Part shown: in pieces, positions 45,089-55,502 of the stretch
Layout: the number at the start of each line of letters is the position of its first letter
Numbering within the stretch: the stretch's first letter is position 1
Made by a program: the position numbers and the translations under genes
The notes under the pieces: generated by a model
Database searches by the model: none
Seen by the model: the letters and a program-made list of their open reading frames with translations, nothing else
Told to the model about the DNA's origin: nothing
Assembly: GCF_034259325.1 (NCBI RefSeq)
Contig: NZ_JAXIVS010000015.1
Location: 102,515 to 166,514, forward strand
Direction of reading: 5' to 3'
From: Hyalangium rubrum
Lineage (GTDB): Bacteria; Myxococcota; Myxococcia; Myxococcales; Myxococcaceae
DNA: 64,000 nucleotides

Positions 45089-47173
45089 CTACTTCCTGTT
45101 CTTCAACAGGTCAGCGAAGGTTCCGAATCCCTTCTGGCCGCCACCGGTCGCCGGCTTCTGGGTCTTCGTCCAGGCCTCCAGCTCCGCGCGCTCCTCCGCA
45201 CGCTCGGCCGCGGTGATGGACAGGCGGATCTTCCCGGACGCGTCGATGTCCAGCACGGCCACCTTCAGCTCCTGGCCGAGCGAGTAGTGCTTGCGCAGAT
45301 CCGTGCCGCGATCCGTGCCCGTCTCCGCGGCGGGAATCAGCCCCTTGCCGCCCGGGAAGACCAGGAACACGCCGTAGGGCTCGATGCGATCGACCTTGCC
45401 CGTGACGACCTGGCCCACCTTCGGGCGAGGAATCTGGGCCTCGGCGGCCTTGGCGGCCTCCTTCGCCTGATGCTGCGCCTGGATCTCCTCGACGGGACGC
45501 TGCGCGTCCTCCTCGGAGATACGACGCAGGCCGATGCGCTTCTCGTTGGTGTCGATCTTCTCGACCGCCACCCAGATCGTCTCACCCACCTGCACCACGT
45601 CGCGCGGGTGCGCGATGCGGCGATCCGACAGCGCGGAGATATGCACCAGGCCATCCACGCCCGGGCGAAGCTCCACGAACGCGCCGAAGGGCTGGATGCG
45701 GACGACCTTGCCCTGCAGCCGGTCGCCCTCCTTGATGGAGGCCAGCGCCGCCTTGAACGGATCCTCCTGACGGGCGCGCATGGAGAGCGTGATGCGCTCC
45801 TTCTGCTTGGCCTTGTCCGGAGAGTTGGGCTGGGCCGCCTCCATGCGGAGGATCTCCACCTCCACGTCCTCGCCCACCTTCACCACTTCGCTCGGGTGAC
45901 CGATGCGCTGGTAGGACATCTCGGAGACGGGGATCATCCCCTCCACGCCGCCCAGGTCCACGAAGGCGCCGAAGTCGCGCACGCCGGTGACCTTGCCCTT
46001 GAGGACCTTGCCCTCGGACAGCGTCTTGCGCGTCTGGTCGGCCAGCTTGCGCTGCTCCTCCTCGAGCAGCGAGCGGCGCGACAGCACCACGTTGCGCTCC
46101 CGCACCTCGGTGACGCGGAACTTCAGCTTCTCACCGATGAACTGGTCCGGCTTCTCCACGAAGCGGATGTCCAACTGGCTGATCGGGCAGAAGGCGCGCA
46201 TGTCGCCGATGGCGACCTCGACGCCGCCCTTGTTCACGCTCAGCACCATGCCCTCGACGGGCATGCCCGAGGCGCGCGCCTCGGCCAGCATGGCCATGGA
46301 CGCGCTGCCCTTGGCCAGCGCCCGGCTCAGGAGCACGCCGCGCGCGCCCGCCTCGATGACGTGCGCCTCGATGGGATCGCCCACGCCGTAGCGCAGGATG
46401 CCCTCGTCGTCCTTCAACTCGCGCAGCTCGATCATCGCCTCGCTCTTGACGCCATCGAGCGACACGAAGGCCGTATCCGCGCCGAGCTGGAAGATCTTGC
46501 CGGTGACCTTCTCGCCGATGCGCACGCTGCGCCGCGCGGGAACGCCGCCCTCCTTTACCTGCGCCTCGAACATCTCGGCGAAGGTCTCGTTCTCCGGCAC
46601 CTCCTCATAGAGGGCGCTGCTCGGAGCCGGAGCCGGAGCCGGACGCGGCGTGGGAGCAGGCGTGGGCGCGGACGCCTCGGCCGCGGGAGCAACCGTCGAA
46701 GCCGCCTCCGTCGCGGGAGCCGTCTCGGTCCCGGCCGCAGGCTGGTCACCCACGGGGCCACGCGTCTCGATGACGCCCGAGGCACGCTTCACGACGACGA
46801 ACGGGCCCTGCGGCTTGCGCTCGCCCCCGCCCCCGCCACGGCGCTCACCGCCACCGCCGCCACCACCACCGCCGCCACGCGGGCCGCGATCGCCACCCTT
46901 GGGGCGGCGCTCCTCACGGGGCGCGGAGGCAGCCGCGCCTCCGGCCTCGCCCTCGGGCTTCGGACGAGCCTCTCGCTCGCCGCCACCCCGGCGGTCAGGA
47001 CCACCACGGCCTCGGTCACCCCCCCGATCGCCGCCACGGTCACCCCCTCGGCCGCCCTCGCGCTCACCACCGCGGCCCGAAGGGATACCGAGCATCACGT
47101 CACCGAAGGTGGCCTTCGGCTTCTTAGGGCCAAACCCACCTGCTCCAGAACCGCCGCTCTTCTCGTCGCTCAC
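45089..47173 (-). CDS. rpsA: Ribosomal protein S1-like multi-S1-domain protein with ~170-aa Arg/Gly-rich (RGG) N-terminal extension
   Basis: The core aligns block-by-block with bS1 (FAEMFEAQ.., LKSEAMIELRE.., GVLLSRALAK.., NVVLSRRSLLEEEQ.., DFGAFVDLGGVEGMIPVSEMS..HPSEVV.., GLVHISAL..). The N-terminus (…GGDRGGDRGGDRGRGGPDRRGGGERE…GGGGGGGGGGERRGGGGGERK…) is low-complexity RGG. An AGGAAGG SD lies 8 nt upstream of the GTG at 47173. Confidence 0.8.
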   Translation of the reverse strand: MSDEKSGGSGAGGFGPKKPKATFGDVMLGIPSGRGGEREGGRGGDRGGDRGGDRGRGGPDRRGGGEREARPKPEGEAGGAAASAPREERRPKGGDRGPRGGGGGGGGGGERRGGGGGERKPQGPFVVVKRASGVIETRGPVGDQPAAGTETAPATEAASTVAPAAEASAPTPAPTPRPAPAPAPSSALYEEVPENETFAEMFEAQVKEGGVPARRSVRIGEKVTGKIFQLGADTAFVSLDGVKSEAMIELRELKDDEGILRYGVGDPIEAHVIEAGARGVLLSRALAKGSASMAMLAEARASGMPVEGMVLSVNKGGVEVAIGDMRAFCPISQLDIRFVEKPDQFIGEKLKFRVTEVRERNVVLSRRSLLEEEQRKLADQTRKTLSEGKVLKGKVTGVRDFGAFVDLGGVEGMIPVSEMSYQRIGHPSEVVKVGEDVEVEILRMEAAQPNSPDKAKQKERITLSMRARQEDPFKAALASIKEGDRLQGKVVRIQPFGAFVELRPGVDGLVHISALSDRRIAHPRDVVQVGETIWVAVEKIDTNEKRIGLRRISEEDAQRPVEEIQAQHQAKEAAKAAEAQIPRPKVGQVVTGKVDRIEPYGVFLVFPGGKGLIPAAETGTDRGTDLRKHYSLGQELKVAVLDIDASGKIRLSITAAERAEERAELEAWTKTQKPATGGGQKGFGTFADLLKNRK

Positions 47174-47389
47174 TGCCGAGACCTTCCTGAAGGAATTCCT
47201 GCCCAGGTTTCAGGAAAACCGGGCTCCTGAAAAAGGCGGCGCACTCTACACACGGCGCAAGCTGGGACGGAAGTCGCTTGCGTCCTTTCGCGCACAACCC
47301 AATCCTCGTTTAACGCGGCACGATCGCCGCTCCATCCCTCTTTACCACCAAAGACCGCCCGGTTTCTCACCTACCTGCCAGCCTCGTCT

Positions 47390-49105
47390 CTACCGCCGGA
47401 TGAGCCTTCTCACCCTGCGGAACACCGCCTGCGCCTGGGGGACTCCCAGGGCTCCCGTCAGAGCGAAGTACACAGCGCCAAAGGGAAGAACGACCGCCAG
47501 ACAGGTGAACACCGGGTGCAGCGCGGGGGGCGCCAGCAGGCCCCCACCCCACTCCTGGGCAACCCCCACCATGGGGCCCAGGGCCCGGGCGAGCGCCAGT
47601 TTGACGCCCAGCGCCACGGCTCCCGCCACGGCGGCACAGGCCCACAGCTTGGGAATCAGCCCTGGAGGCGCGCCCACGGCGGCCCCCACACGCCGGGAGA
47701 GCTGCCGACGCAGCAGCCACGACTCCAGCCAGGCCACGAGCCCACTGGCCACGGTGATGAAGACGGCGCCCAGGTGCCGTGGCAGGCCCAGCACCTCGGG
47801 CAGATACAGCCCGAGCCCCCAGGCCATGGCGGCCCCCAGGGAGACACGGACGATGGCCATGCGCAGGGGCGTACCCGGATCCTTCAAGGCATAGAAGGCG
47901 GAGGCGTAGAGCCGCCCCACCGTGGAGGACACCAGCCCCACGGAGGAGCCCATCAGCAGGTACCAGACATATCGAGAGTCGGCGGCGGTGAACTTGCCCG
48001 TCTGCAGCAGCGTGGCGGCCACCACGTCTCCAATGAGGAGGAACGCGGCGGCCGAGGGCACCACGAAGAACGCCACGCGGCGCGCCCCGGCCTCGATGCG
48101 CTCGCGCAGCTTCGCGTTCACCTCTTCGGTGGCGCCGCCGCTGGCGCGGGCCATCTCCGGCAGCTCGGCCGCGGACACCGCCATGCCGAAGAGGCTCACC
48201 GGGATGAGGTAGATCGTCTGCGCATAGAAGAGGGAGGACAGGGCCCGCTCGGACAGGAGCGAGGCGATGGCCGTGTCCACATAGGCGCTGATCTGCACCA
48301 CGCCCCGCCCGATGACCACCGTGACGAAGCTGCGCAGCACCCGACGCACGGAGGCGCTCGCCACCGAGAGCGACGGGCGGAAGCGCCCCAGCAGGCGCAT
48401 CACCGAGGGCACCTGCACGGCGAACTGGCAGAAGCCCGCCAGCACCACCGCGTACGAGAGCACCTCCACCAGATACGCCTCGTCCCCCCGCCCTCCCGCG
48501 ACGACGAGCGCGGCGATGAGCACCAGGTTCCACACCACCGGCGCCAGATAGGACAGCAGGAAGCGCCGGTGGCTGTTGAGGATGCCCAGGCACCACGCCG
48601 ACAGCACGAGCAGCCCCGTGCCCGGGAAGACGATGCGCACCAGCCGCACGGCCAGCGCCCGCGACTCGCCCTCGAAGCCCGGGGCAATGGCGTCCACGAA
48701 CAGGGGCGTGGCCACCATGCCCACCGCCACCATGACGCTGGTGGCCAGCGCGAGCAGCCCGAAGATGGCCCCGGCCAGCCGGTCCGACTCCTCGTGCTCC
48801 TTCTGCCCCAGCAACTGGGCATAGACGGGGATGAAGGAGCCGGAGAGCACGCCCTCTCCGAAGAGGTTCTGCAGGAAGTTGGGGATGCGCAGCGCGGCCT
48901 TGAAGACGGCGGCCGCCTCCGCGTTGCCCAGGTAGTGCGCGAAGACGCGCTCGCGCACCAGCCCCATCAGGCGCGAGGCGAGGATCCCCGCCGCCACGAG
49001 CAGCGCGCCCCGTCCACCTCCCGCACCTCCCGAGTCCGGGGGCCGGACGGGCGCGCTGGGGGTGGGATCCGGAGAGGGACTCTGGCGTGGAGGGGGAACA
49101 GTCAA
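47390..49105 (-). CDS. murJ: Lipid II flippase MurJ (MviN)
   Basis: …LVAAGILASRLMGLVRERVFAHYLGNAEAAAVFKAALRIPNFLQNLFGEGVLSGSFIPVYAQLLG… with 14 predicted TM helices. The true start is probably internal (GTG, ~49010). The listed N-terminus is Pro-rich. Confidence 0.8.
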   Translation of the reverse strand: MTVPPPRQSPSPDPTPSAPVRPPDSGGAGGGRGALLVAAGILASRLMGLVRERVFAHYLGNAEAAAVFKAALRIPNFLQNLFGEGVLSGSFIPVYAQLLGQKEHEESDRLAGAIFGLLALATSVMVAVGMVATPLFVDAIAPGFEGESRALAVRLVRIVFPGTGLLVLSAWCLGILNSHRRFLLSYLAPVVWNLVLIAALVVAGGRGDEAYLVEVLSYAVVLAGFCQFAVQVPSVMRLLGRFRPSLSVASASVRRVLRSFVTVVIGRGVVQISAYVDTAIASLLSERALSSLFYAQTIYLIPVSLFGMAVSAAELPEMARASGGATEEVNAKLRERIEAGARRVAFFVVPSAAAFLLIGDVVAATLLQTGKFTAADSRYVWYLLMGSSVGLVSSTVGRLYASAFYALKDPGTPLRMAIVRVSLGAAMAWGLGLYLPEVLGLPRHLGAVFITVASGLVAWLESWLLRRQLSRRVGAAVGAPPGLIPKLWACAAVAGAVALGVKLALARALGPMVGVAQEWGGGLLAPPALHPVFTCLAVVLPFGAVYFALTGALGVPQAQAVFRRVRRLIRR

Positions 49106-49212
49106 GCGGGCGTCGCAATCTACGCGGGACGTTCACCTCCATGAAGCAAGAAGACACCCGACCACTGTTTTGCTTGACGGTCCCCCCGGCAGGCCGCAAT
49201 GGTCCCTGCGCG

Positions 49213-49701
49213 ATGGCTGGTCCCTCCGACTCCAACACCGAGCTGCTGAACGACGTGGCGCGCATCCGCCGCGTGCTGGCGCGCGAGCTGGAGACCATCA
49301 ACGAGTACGAAGCCTTCGCTCAGGCCTCCAGCCACCCCGAGGTCCGCGCCTTCTTCGCCCACCTGGCCGCCGAGGAGAAGGAGCACGTCGCCGAGGCGAC
49401 CCAGATGCTCCGCCTGCTGGACGCCGCCCAGAATGCCCACTTTGCCCAGCCCATCGCGCCGGGCCACTTCCAGAAGGCCGTGGGCGCTCCAGCCGCCTCG
49501 GTGCCTTCCCCCGCGCCCTCGGCTCCTCCCGCGCCTGCCGCGGCTGGCCCCAACGGCCGCTCGGTCTTCGAGCCTGCTGTCAACCTTCCCCCTGAACGCC
49601 TGATGTACGGACTGACTGCTCCCCCCTCCGAGAATGCCTACCCGCTCACCGTGGGATCGCTCCGGCGCCAGGGGGGCGGTGGCCGTGGCGGCAACCGCTG
49701 A
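49213..49701 (+). CDS. encB: Encapsulin cargo protein, ferritin-like/rubrerythrin-like (EncB-type) with C-terminal targeting peptide
   Basis: The ferritin-like four-helix signature is ELETINEYEAFAQ...HLAAEEKEHVAEA. There is a Pro/Ala-rich linker. The C-terminal PLTVGSLRRQGGGG is the LTVGSLRR encapsulin-targeting motif described for M. xanthus cargo proteins. The start is uncertain (alternative ATGs at 49087 and 49138). Confidence 0.7.
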   Translation: MAGPSDSNTELLNDVARIRRVLARELETINEYEAFAQASSHPEVRAFFAHLAAEEKEHVAEATQMLRLLDAAQNAHFAQPIAPGHFQKAVGAPAASVPSPAPSAPPAPAAAGPNGRSVFEPAVNLPPERLMYGLTAPPSENAYPLTVGSLRRQGGGGRGGNR

Positions 49702-49727
49702 CGATTCCTCCTTTAGAGGAGCCTTTC

Positions 49728-50585
49728 ATGCCTGACTTCCTTGGACATGCCGAGAACCCCCTGCGCGAGGAGGAGTGGGCGCGCCTGAACGAGACCGTCA
49801 TCCAGGTCGCGCGCCGTTCCCTCGTGGCCCGTCGCATCCTGGACATCTATGGCCCGCTGGGCGCGGGCGTGCAGACGGTGCCCCACGACGAGTACCAGGG
49901 CGTGTCCCCGGGCGCCGTGGACATCGTCGGCGAGCAGGAGACGGCCACCGTCTTCACCGACGCTCGCAAGTTCAAGACGATCCCCATCATCTACAAGGAC
50001 TTCCTGCTGCACTGGCGGGACATCGAGGCGGCGCGCATCCACAACATGCCGCTGGACGTGTCGGCCGCCGCCGGCGCCGCCGCCCTCTGCGCGCAGCAGG
50101 AAGACGAGCTCATCTTCTACGGGGATCCGAAGCTCGGCCACGAGGGGCTGATGACGGCCAACGGCCGGCTCACCGTGCCGCTGGGCGACTGGAGCACCCC
50201 GGGCGCCGGCTACATGGCCATCGTCGAGGCCACTCGGAAGCTCAACGAGCACGGCCACTACGGGCCCTATGCCGTGGTGCTCTCGCCGCGCCTGTTCTCG
50301 CTGCTGCACCGCATCTTCGAGAAGACGGGCGTGCTCGAGATCGAGACCATCCGCCAGCTCGCCTCGGACGGCGTCTTCCAGTCCAACCGGCTGCGCGGCG
50401 ACTCGGGCGTGGTGGTGTCCACGGGCCGCGAGAACATGGATCTGGCCGTGGCCATGGACATGGTCACCGCCTACCTGGGCGCCTCGCGCATGAATCACCC
50501 CTTCCGCGTGCTCGAGGCGCTCATCCTGCGCATCAAGCACCCGGACGCCATCTGCACGCTCGAAGGCGGCGCCCCCCGCAAGTAA
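49728..50585 (+). CDS. encA: Family 1 encapsulin nanocompartment shell protein (HK97 fold), EncA
   Basis: MPDFLGHAENPLREEEWARLNETVIQVARRSLVARRILDIYGPLGAGVQTVPHDEY...TLEGGAPRK (285 aa) is near-identical in pattern to M. xanthus EncA as I recall it. Confidence 0.9.
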   Translation: MPDFLGHAENPLREEEWARLNETVIQVARRSLVARRILDIYGPLGAGVQTVPHDEYQGVSPGAVDIVGEQETATVFTDARKFKTIPIIYKDFLLHWRDIEAARIHNMPLDVSAAAGAAALCAQQEDELIFYGDPKLGHEGLMTANGRLTVPLGDWSTPGAGYMAIVEATRKLNEHGHYGPYAVVLSPRLFSLLHRIFEKTGVLEIETIRQLASDGVFQSNRLRGDSGVVVSTGRENMDLAVAMDMVTAYLGASRMNHPFRVLEALILRIKHPDAICTLEGGAPRK

Positions 50586-50604
50586 CTGGGCGCCGAACCC
50601 GCGC

Positions 50605-52041
50605 ATGGCCAAAGTCCTGGTCCTCGACGACGAGGCGAACCTCCGCAAGGTGCTCGCCGCCATGTTGCGGCGAGACGGCTATGACGTCACCGTCGCCGAG
50701 AACGGCGAGCAGGGGCTCGCCGAGTTCAACAAGAACGGCGCAGACATCGTCGTGACGGACCTCGTCATGCCCAAGGTGGGCGGCATGGAGGTGCTGGGCT
50801 CCGTCAAGGCCGCCAACCCGGACGTGCCCGTCATCATCATGACCGCGCACGGCACGGTGGACTCCGCCGTGGAGGCCATCAAGGCCGGCGCGTTCGACTA
50901 CATCACCAAGCCCTTCGATCAGGCGGAGCTGTCGGCCGTCATCAACAAGGCCACCAAGGCCCACGAGAACGCCCGTCGCTCGGTGCGCCCGGACATCAAG
51001 GCGCGCGCGGCCATCATCGGCGAGTCCCCACAGGTGCAGGAGGTCTACAAGATCATCGACAAGGTGGCGGACACGCCCTCCACGGTGCTGATCACCGGAG
51101 AGAGCGGCACGGGCAAGGAGCTCATCGCCACCGCCCTGCACGGCGCCTCCAGCCGCCGGGACAAGCCCTTCATCAAGATCAACTGCGCGGCCATTCCCCA
51201 CAACCTCATCGAGTCGGAGCTGTTCGGCTACGAGCGTGGCGCCTTCACCGGCGCGGTCACCTCCAAGCCCGGCCGCTTCGAGCTGGCCGACGGGGGCACC
51301 CTCTTCCTGGACGAGATCGGCGAGATCCCCGTGGAGATGCAGGTGAAGCTGCTGCGCGCGCTGCAGGAGGGCGAGTTCGAGCGCGTGGGCGGCATCAAGA
51401 CGACGCGCGTGGACGTGCGCCTGGTGGCCGCCACCAACCGCGACCTGCAGGCGGAGATCGAGGCCGGGCGCTTCCGCAAGGACCTGTACTACCGGCTGGC
51501 GGTGGTGCCCATCGGGCTGCCGGCCCTGCGCGAGCGCCGCAGCGACATCCCCATGCTCGCGCGGCACTTCGTGGACAAGTACAACCGCCGCCTCAACAAG
51601 AAGATCGAGGGCATCGCCGACGACGCCATGGCGGCCCTGCAGGGCTACTCCTGGCCCGGCAACATCCGCGAGCTGGAGAACCTCATCGAGCGCGTGCTGC
51701 TGTTCGCCGATGGGCCCTTCATCACCGCCAAGGACCTGCCCGAGCCCGTCCGTCAAGGCGGTGGGGGGCAGGCAGGCTCGCTCGCTGGCTCCTCGACGGT
51801 GGAGGCGCCCACCGGCGAGACCGGGCTCAAGGACATCATCCGCATGAAGTCCGCCGAGCTCGAGAAGGACCTCATCACCAAGGCCCTCGAGGAAACCAGC
51901 GGCAACGTCACCCGGGCCGCCAAGCTGCTGCAGATCAGTCGCAAGTCCCTGCAGACGAAGATGAAGGAGTTCGGCCTTCGCGACACCGCTCCCGATGGGA
52001 AGGACGAGGGAGCAGGCAAGGACGAAGGCCCGGACGAATGA
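50605..52041 (+). CDS. Sigma-54-dependent response regulator (NtrC family enhancer-binding protein)
   Basis: It has a REC domain ([14 protein letters not shown]...[14 protein letters not shown]), an AAA+ sigma54-interaction domain ([32 protein letters not shown]) and a C-terminal Fis-type HTH. Confidence 0.9.
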   Translation: MAKVLVLDDEANLRKVLAAMLRRDGYDVTVAENGEQGLAEFNKNGADIVVTDLVMPKVGGMEVLGSVKAANPDVPVIIMTAHGTVDSAVEAIKAGAFDYITKPFDQAELSAVINKATKAHENARRSVRPDIKARAAIIGESPQVQEVYKIIDKVADTPSTVLITGESGTGKELIATALHGASSRRDKPFIKINCAAIPHNLIESELFGYERGAFTGAVTSKPGRFELADGGTLFLDEIGEIPVEMQVKLLRALQEGEFERVGGIKTTRVDVRLVAATNRDLQAEIEAGRFRKDLYYRLAVVPIGLPALRERRSDIPMLARHFVDKYNRRLNKKIEGIADDAMAALQGYSWPGNIRELENLIERVLLFADGPFITAKDLPEPVRQGGGGQAGSLAGSSTVEAPTGETGLKDIIRMKSAELEKDLITKALEETSGNVTRAAKLLQISRKSLQTKMKEFGLRDTAPDGKDEGAGKDEGPDE

Positions 52042-52111
52042 CGGAGGCCGAAATAACGCCGTGAAGACGGTGGTTTCGGCCCGGCGAACCCGCTCGACCC
52101 AGGAAGCCAGC

Positions 52112-53155
52112 ATGCGGCCATCTCTCCCCACTCTCGGTCAACCTCCGAAGCGCAGCCGGTTTGGCTCGGTCGTCCTCGTCTCGTTGGTACTCGGCGGCGT
52201 CGCCGGCGGCGTGTGGTGGTGGAAGCAGAACAAGGGCGGGATGCTGCCCTCGGGCGCGCCCACCGCGGTGACCGCCAACGCCACGCCGGACGCGGGCGCG
52301 GCGCTCGCGGCGGCGCCTACCCCACCCCCGCCCCCCGCCGATCCGCTCGTGGCGGCAGGCCTGGCGCGCGCCTCGGTGAAGATCGACGGCCCGCTGGAGA
52401 CGGCGCTCGTGCAGGGCACGGACCCGACGGTCGGCCCCGCGCTGGCACAGGTGGTGACGCGCAGCCTCGTGTGGTGGGTCGCGGTGCCCAACGAGATCCT
52501 CCGGGGCGACACCCTGGACGTGCTCTACCAGGTGCGCCCGAACGAGGAGCCGCTGGTGCATGCCGTGCGCTTCACCAGCAACAAGACCGGCCAGACGCAC
52601 GCCGCCTACCGCTTCCAGGCCCAGGGCGACAGCAACGCGCGCTACTACCTGCCCTCCGGAGAGGAGATGGAGATGCGCCTGGAGCACTCGCCCCTGGAGC
52701 ACTACGAGCAGATCACCTCGCTGCTGCGCGATGGCCGCCGGCACAAGGGCGTGGACTTCAAGGCCGCCGTGGGCACCCCCGTGAAGGCCCCGTTCACCGG
52801 CATCGTCAAGCGCAAGAACTGGAACTTCAGCGGCAACGGCAACTGCGTGGAGCTGGAGGAGCTCGGCGGCAAGCGTCGCCGCGCGCTCTTCCTCCACCTC
52901 TCGGAGCTGCCGCGCGATCTCAAGCCCGGCACGCGCTTCTCGACCGGCCAGGTCATCGCCGCCAGTGGCAACAGCGGCAGGTCCTTCGCCCCTCACCTGC
53001 ACTACCAGCTCATGACGCAGGATGACCGGGTGCTGGACCCGTTCGACAGCCACCGCACCTTCCGGCGCTCGCTGCCGCAGGAGCAGCGCTCGGCGCTCGA
53101 GGCGGAGATTCGCCGCCTGGATTCGCTGCTGGCGCCCTCCGTCGCCGGAAACTGA
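52112..53155 (+). CDS. M23-family peptidoglycan DD-metalloendopeptidase (membrane-anchored)
   Basis: AGGAAG SD precedes the ATG at 52112. There is an N-terminal TM helix ([21 protein letters not shown]). The C-terminus reads [20 protein letters not shown]..., ...[25 protein letters not shown]... (HxxxD and HxH motifs). Confidence 0.8.
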   Translation: MRPSLPTLGQPPKRSRFGSVVLVSLVLGGVAGGVWWWKQNKGGMLPSGAPTAVTANATPDAGAALAAAPTPPPPPADPLVAAGLARASVKIDGPLETALVQGTDPTVGPALAQVVTRSLVWWVAVPNEILRGDTLDVLYQVRPNEEPLVHAVRFTSNKTGQTHAAYRFQAQGDSNARYYLPSGEEMEMRLEHSPLEHYEQITSLLRDGRRHKGVDFKAAVGTPVKAPFTGIVKRKNWNFSGNGNCVELEELGGKRRRALFLHLSELPRDLKPGTRFSTGQVIAASGNSGRSFAPHLHYQLMTQDDRVLDPFDSHRTFRRSLPQEQRSALEAEIRRLDSLLAPSVAGN

Positions 53156-53310
53156 GCCACCCATTTCTTGACACCCCCAACCATGGGGGCTAGCGTCCCT
53201 GGCAATTTCTCAACAGTTCCCAGGGGTTAGGCCACCGTAAGCAGCAGTCCTGAGGGGGCTGCCGGCATCCGCGGGCCCTGGGGGCTCCCTGAGGGCTCTT
53301 CGGAGGTCGG

Positions 53311-54606
53311 ATGTTGAGGCTTCGCGCCGTTCTCGCCGCGCTGCTGCTGGGCGCACCACTGGCTGCCAACGCGGCGGACATTACCCGCATCGCTTCCTCG
53401 CTCGACGAGGATGATCCATTCGACTTGTTCCTGGACGTGAGCTTCGCGCGCACGCAGAGCCGATCGAAGATCGTCCGCGAGCAGCTAGAACCTGGTACCA
53501 CCACGATCAGCGAGCACACCGAGATCTGGCACTCGGCCGTCGACTCTCGGCTGAACATCGATCTGGCGATCGGGCTCTACCAGGATCTGCAGTTCTCGTT
53601 CTCGCTGCCGCTTATCCTTCAGCAGAACGACAGCTACGGGTTCATCAGTGGGACGGACACGACCAACTCCACGATCGTCCTTAACTGCGTGAACCCCGAC
53701 GGTTCGTTCCGCACGAACTGCACGCCGAGTAACCCCGCCAATTCCGCTTCGCTCTTCACCGTCCCCTCCACGCACCGCCGTGGCGGCCTGGGTAACATGC
53801 GCTTCGGGCTGGCCTACGCCTTCTTCAACGAGGAGAAGGACCCGACCAAGCCGATGTGGGTCGTCGGCATCGACTACGAAGCCCCCACCGCGAAGATGCG
53901 TGACCCCAGCCTGGACAACACGGTTGAGGACAACCGCGGCAACGTGGGTGACCGCGTACACAAGTACACCTTCTATACGGCCTTCTCGCGCCGCATGGGC
54001 GTAGCGGACCCCTACTTCCGGGTCCATTACACGCTGCCGGTAGCTGGCCCGGGCATCTACTCCAACTGCTTCAACCGAGCGGAAGTTGCTGGAGAGGGCT
54101 TCACCTCACCCACCCTGGGCACCCCGGAGAACTGCTTCACGGGGCGCTGGAACCGCAAGGAGACCGGCATCAAGTACCCGCACCAGGGCGGCTTCATGTT
54201 CGGCTCCGAGTTCACCGCGTTCAATGACCGGACCAAGGGGCAGAAGTTCTCGCTCGATCTGCGCGGCATCGGCAACTACGTCTCCTCGGGCCGCTACTAC
54301 AACGAGCTGAGCGCGGCCCTGCGCAAGCTGCTGGCCACGCAGGACTACTTCCAGGTGGGTGGCCAGCTGGGTGCCACCGCGATCGCTGGCAATTCCTTCC
54401 GGCTGCGTGCCGCCGGCACCTTCCTCTACACCACGGACCACGCGCTCACGGGCGAGGACCTCGTGGTGCAACCGGACGCCATCGACGAGCGCCCTGGCGA
54501 CGTCAACCCCAACTACGACTTCCGCATCGACCTGCCCTCGCGGCGCTTCCGGGCCAGCGAAGGCAAGACGTTCCGGTTGGACCTCCAAGCAACCTTCATG
54601 TTCTGA
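53311..54606 (+). CDS. Outer-membrane beta-barrel protein of unknown function
   Basis: It has a signal peptide (MLRLRAVLAALLLGAPLAANA), alternating amphipathic beta-strand pattern and a C-terminal ...ATFMF aromatic terminus. Confidence 0.6.
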   Translation: MLRLRAVLAALLLGAPLAANAADITRIASSLDEDDPFDLFLDVSFARTQSRSKIVREQLEPGTTTISEHTEIWHSAVDSRLNIDLAIGLYQDLQFSFSLPLILQQNDSYGFISGTDTTNSTIVLNCVNPDGSFRTNCTPSNPANSASLFTVPSTHRRGGLGNMRFGLAYAFFNEEKDPTKPMWVVGIDYEAPTAKMRDPSLDNTVEDNRGNVGDRVHKYTFYTAFSRRMGVADPYFRVHYTLPVAGPGIYSNCFNRAEVAGEGFTSPTLGTPENCFTGRWNRKETGIKYPHQGGFMFGSEFTAFNDRTKGQKFSLDLRGIGNYVSSGRYYNELSAALRKLLATQDYFQVGGQLGATAIAGNSFRLRAAGTFLYTTDHALTGEDLVVQPDAIDERPGDVNPNYDFRIDLPSRRFRASEGKTFRLDLQATFMF

Positions 54607-54742
54607 CGCGGAGCAGCAAGCCTCCGCCTCCAGGAGCTCCGGGGCCCCCCGCTTGAATAAGTTCCGTCAGGCGGCGTACAGAAGGCACGGCACCTGCCCA
54701 TGCGAGCAGGCTGCCGCCTCTTCCATCGCTACGGAGTTTCCC

Positions 54743-55414
54743 TTGAAGCAGATCCTGCGTGCAGTACTCGTGTCCTCTCTGTTCGCCTCCTCCGCCGCCC
54801 TGGCCCAGGACATGGAGATGAACATGAACATCCAGGTCGATGAGAACGGCATGCCCTCGACCAACATCCAGATGAAGGGCCAGGACGAGAACGGCGAAGA
54901 GCAGAACGTGAACATGCGCGTTCGCGCTGGCGGCAACAGCGCCAACATGCAGGTGAAGGTGAAGGGCTCCGGCATGCAGCCCATGCAGGAGCAGGAGCAG
55001 GAGCAGGTCCACCAGCAGGCCCCCACCCGTCACCGCCCGCCCCCTCCCCCCCCGCCGGTCGCAGCTCGTGACTGTGGCACCGGGAACGACGCGGGCTGTT
55101 CCATGATGCGCGACGGCAAGTACCCGATGGACGCGCAGACCTGGGCCGGCTTCTACGAGTCGCTCAAGAGCCAGTCGAACGAGATCTCCCGCCAGGAGAT
55201 GGCGGAGAAGATGCTCAAGCGCACCTACATCACCGCGGCCCAGTACGGCCTGATGCTGGATCTCTTCCGCAACGAGATCTCCCGCCTGGAGCTGGCCAAG
55301 GACTCGGCCTCCCACGTGGTGAACCCGCAGCACGCGCTGGGCTTCTCCTCGAAGTGGCGCAACTCCATCTCCGCCGAGGAGTACTCGGAGATGATCGCCG
55401 AGCAGCAGCCGTAG
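54743..55414 (+). CDS. Secreted DUF4476-like protein with Met/Asn/Gln-rich N-region and poly-Pro linker
   Basis: The TTG at 54743 is preceded by GGAG. There is a signal LKQILRAVLVSSLFASSAALA, a run of PPPPPPP, and a C-terminal ...QYGLMLDLFRNEISRLELAKDSASHVVNPQHALGFSSKW (DUF4476-like). Confidence 0.5.
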   Translation: MKQILRAVLVSSLFASSAALAQDMEMNMNIQVDENGMPSTNIQMKGQDENGEEQNVNMRVRAGGNSANMQVKVKGSGMQPMQEQEQEQVHQQAPTRHRPPPPPPPVAARDCGTGNDAGCSMMRDGKYPMDAQTWAGFYESLKSQSNEISRQEMAEKMLKRTYITAAQYGLMLDLFRNEISRLELAKDSASHVVNPQHALGFSSKWRNSISAEEYSEMIAEQQP

Positions 55415-55502
55415 TTTCCACCGGCGAGGCCTGGGCCCCCCAACCCAGGCCTCCCCGAGGGCGGGCGGCACTCATCCTGGAGCGCCGCCGCCCCTGCTCG
55501 CC

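Noticed and set aside
46640-47173. RGG-rich N-terminal extension of the S1 gene as a possible ORF-calling artefact
   Set aside because: Not rejected outright. It is kept as real because a good AGGAAGG SD precedes the far-upstream GTG, and no SD or start precedes the conserved FAEMFE core. Needs experimental start mapping.
47516-49144. 542-aa plus-strand ORF
   Set aside because: It is antisense to murJ. Gln/His/Arg/Gly-rich junk translation.
53156-53310. Possible sigma54 promoter (TGGCAatttctcAACAG) upstream of the OM beta-barrel gene, given the NtrC-type activator nearby
   Set aside because: The -12 element does not match GC at the required spacing. A TTGACA-N17-TAGCGT sigma70-like element is a better fit. 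Left as unannotated.
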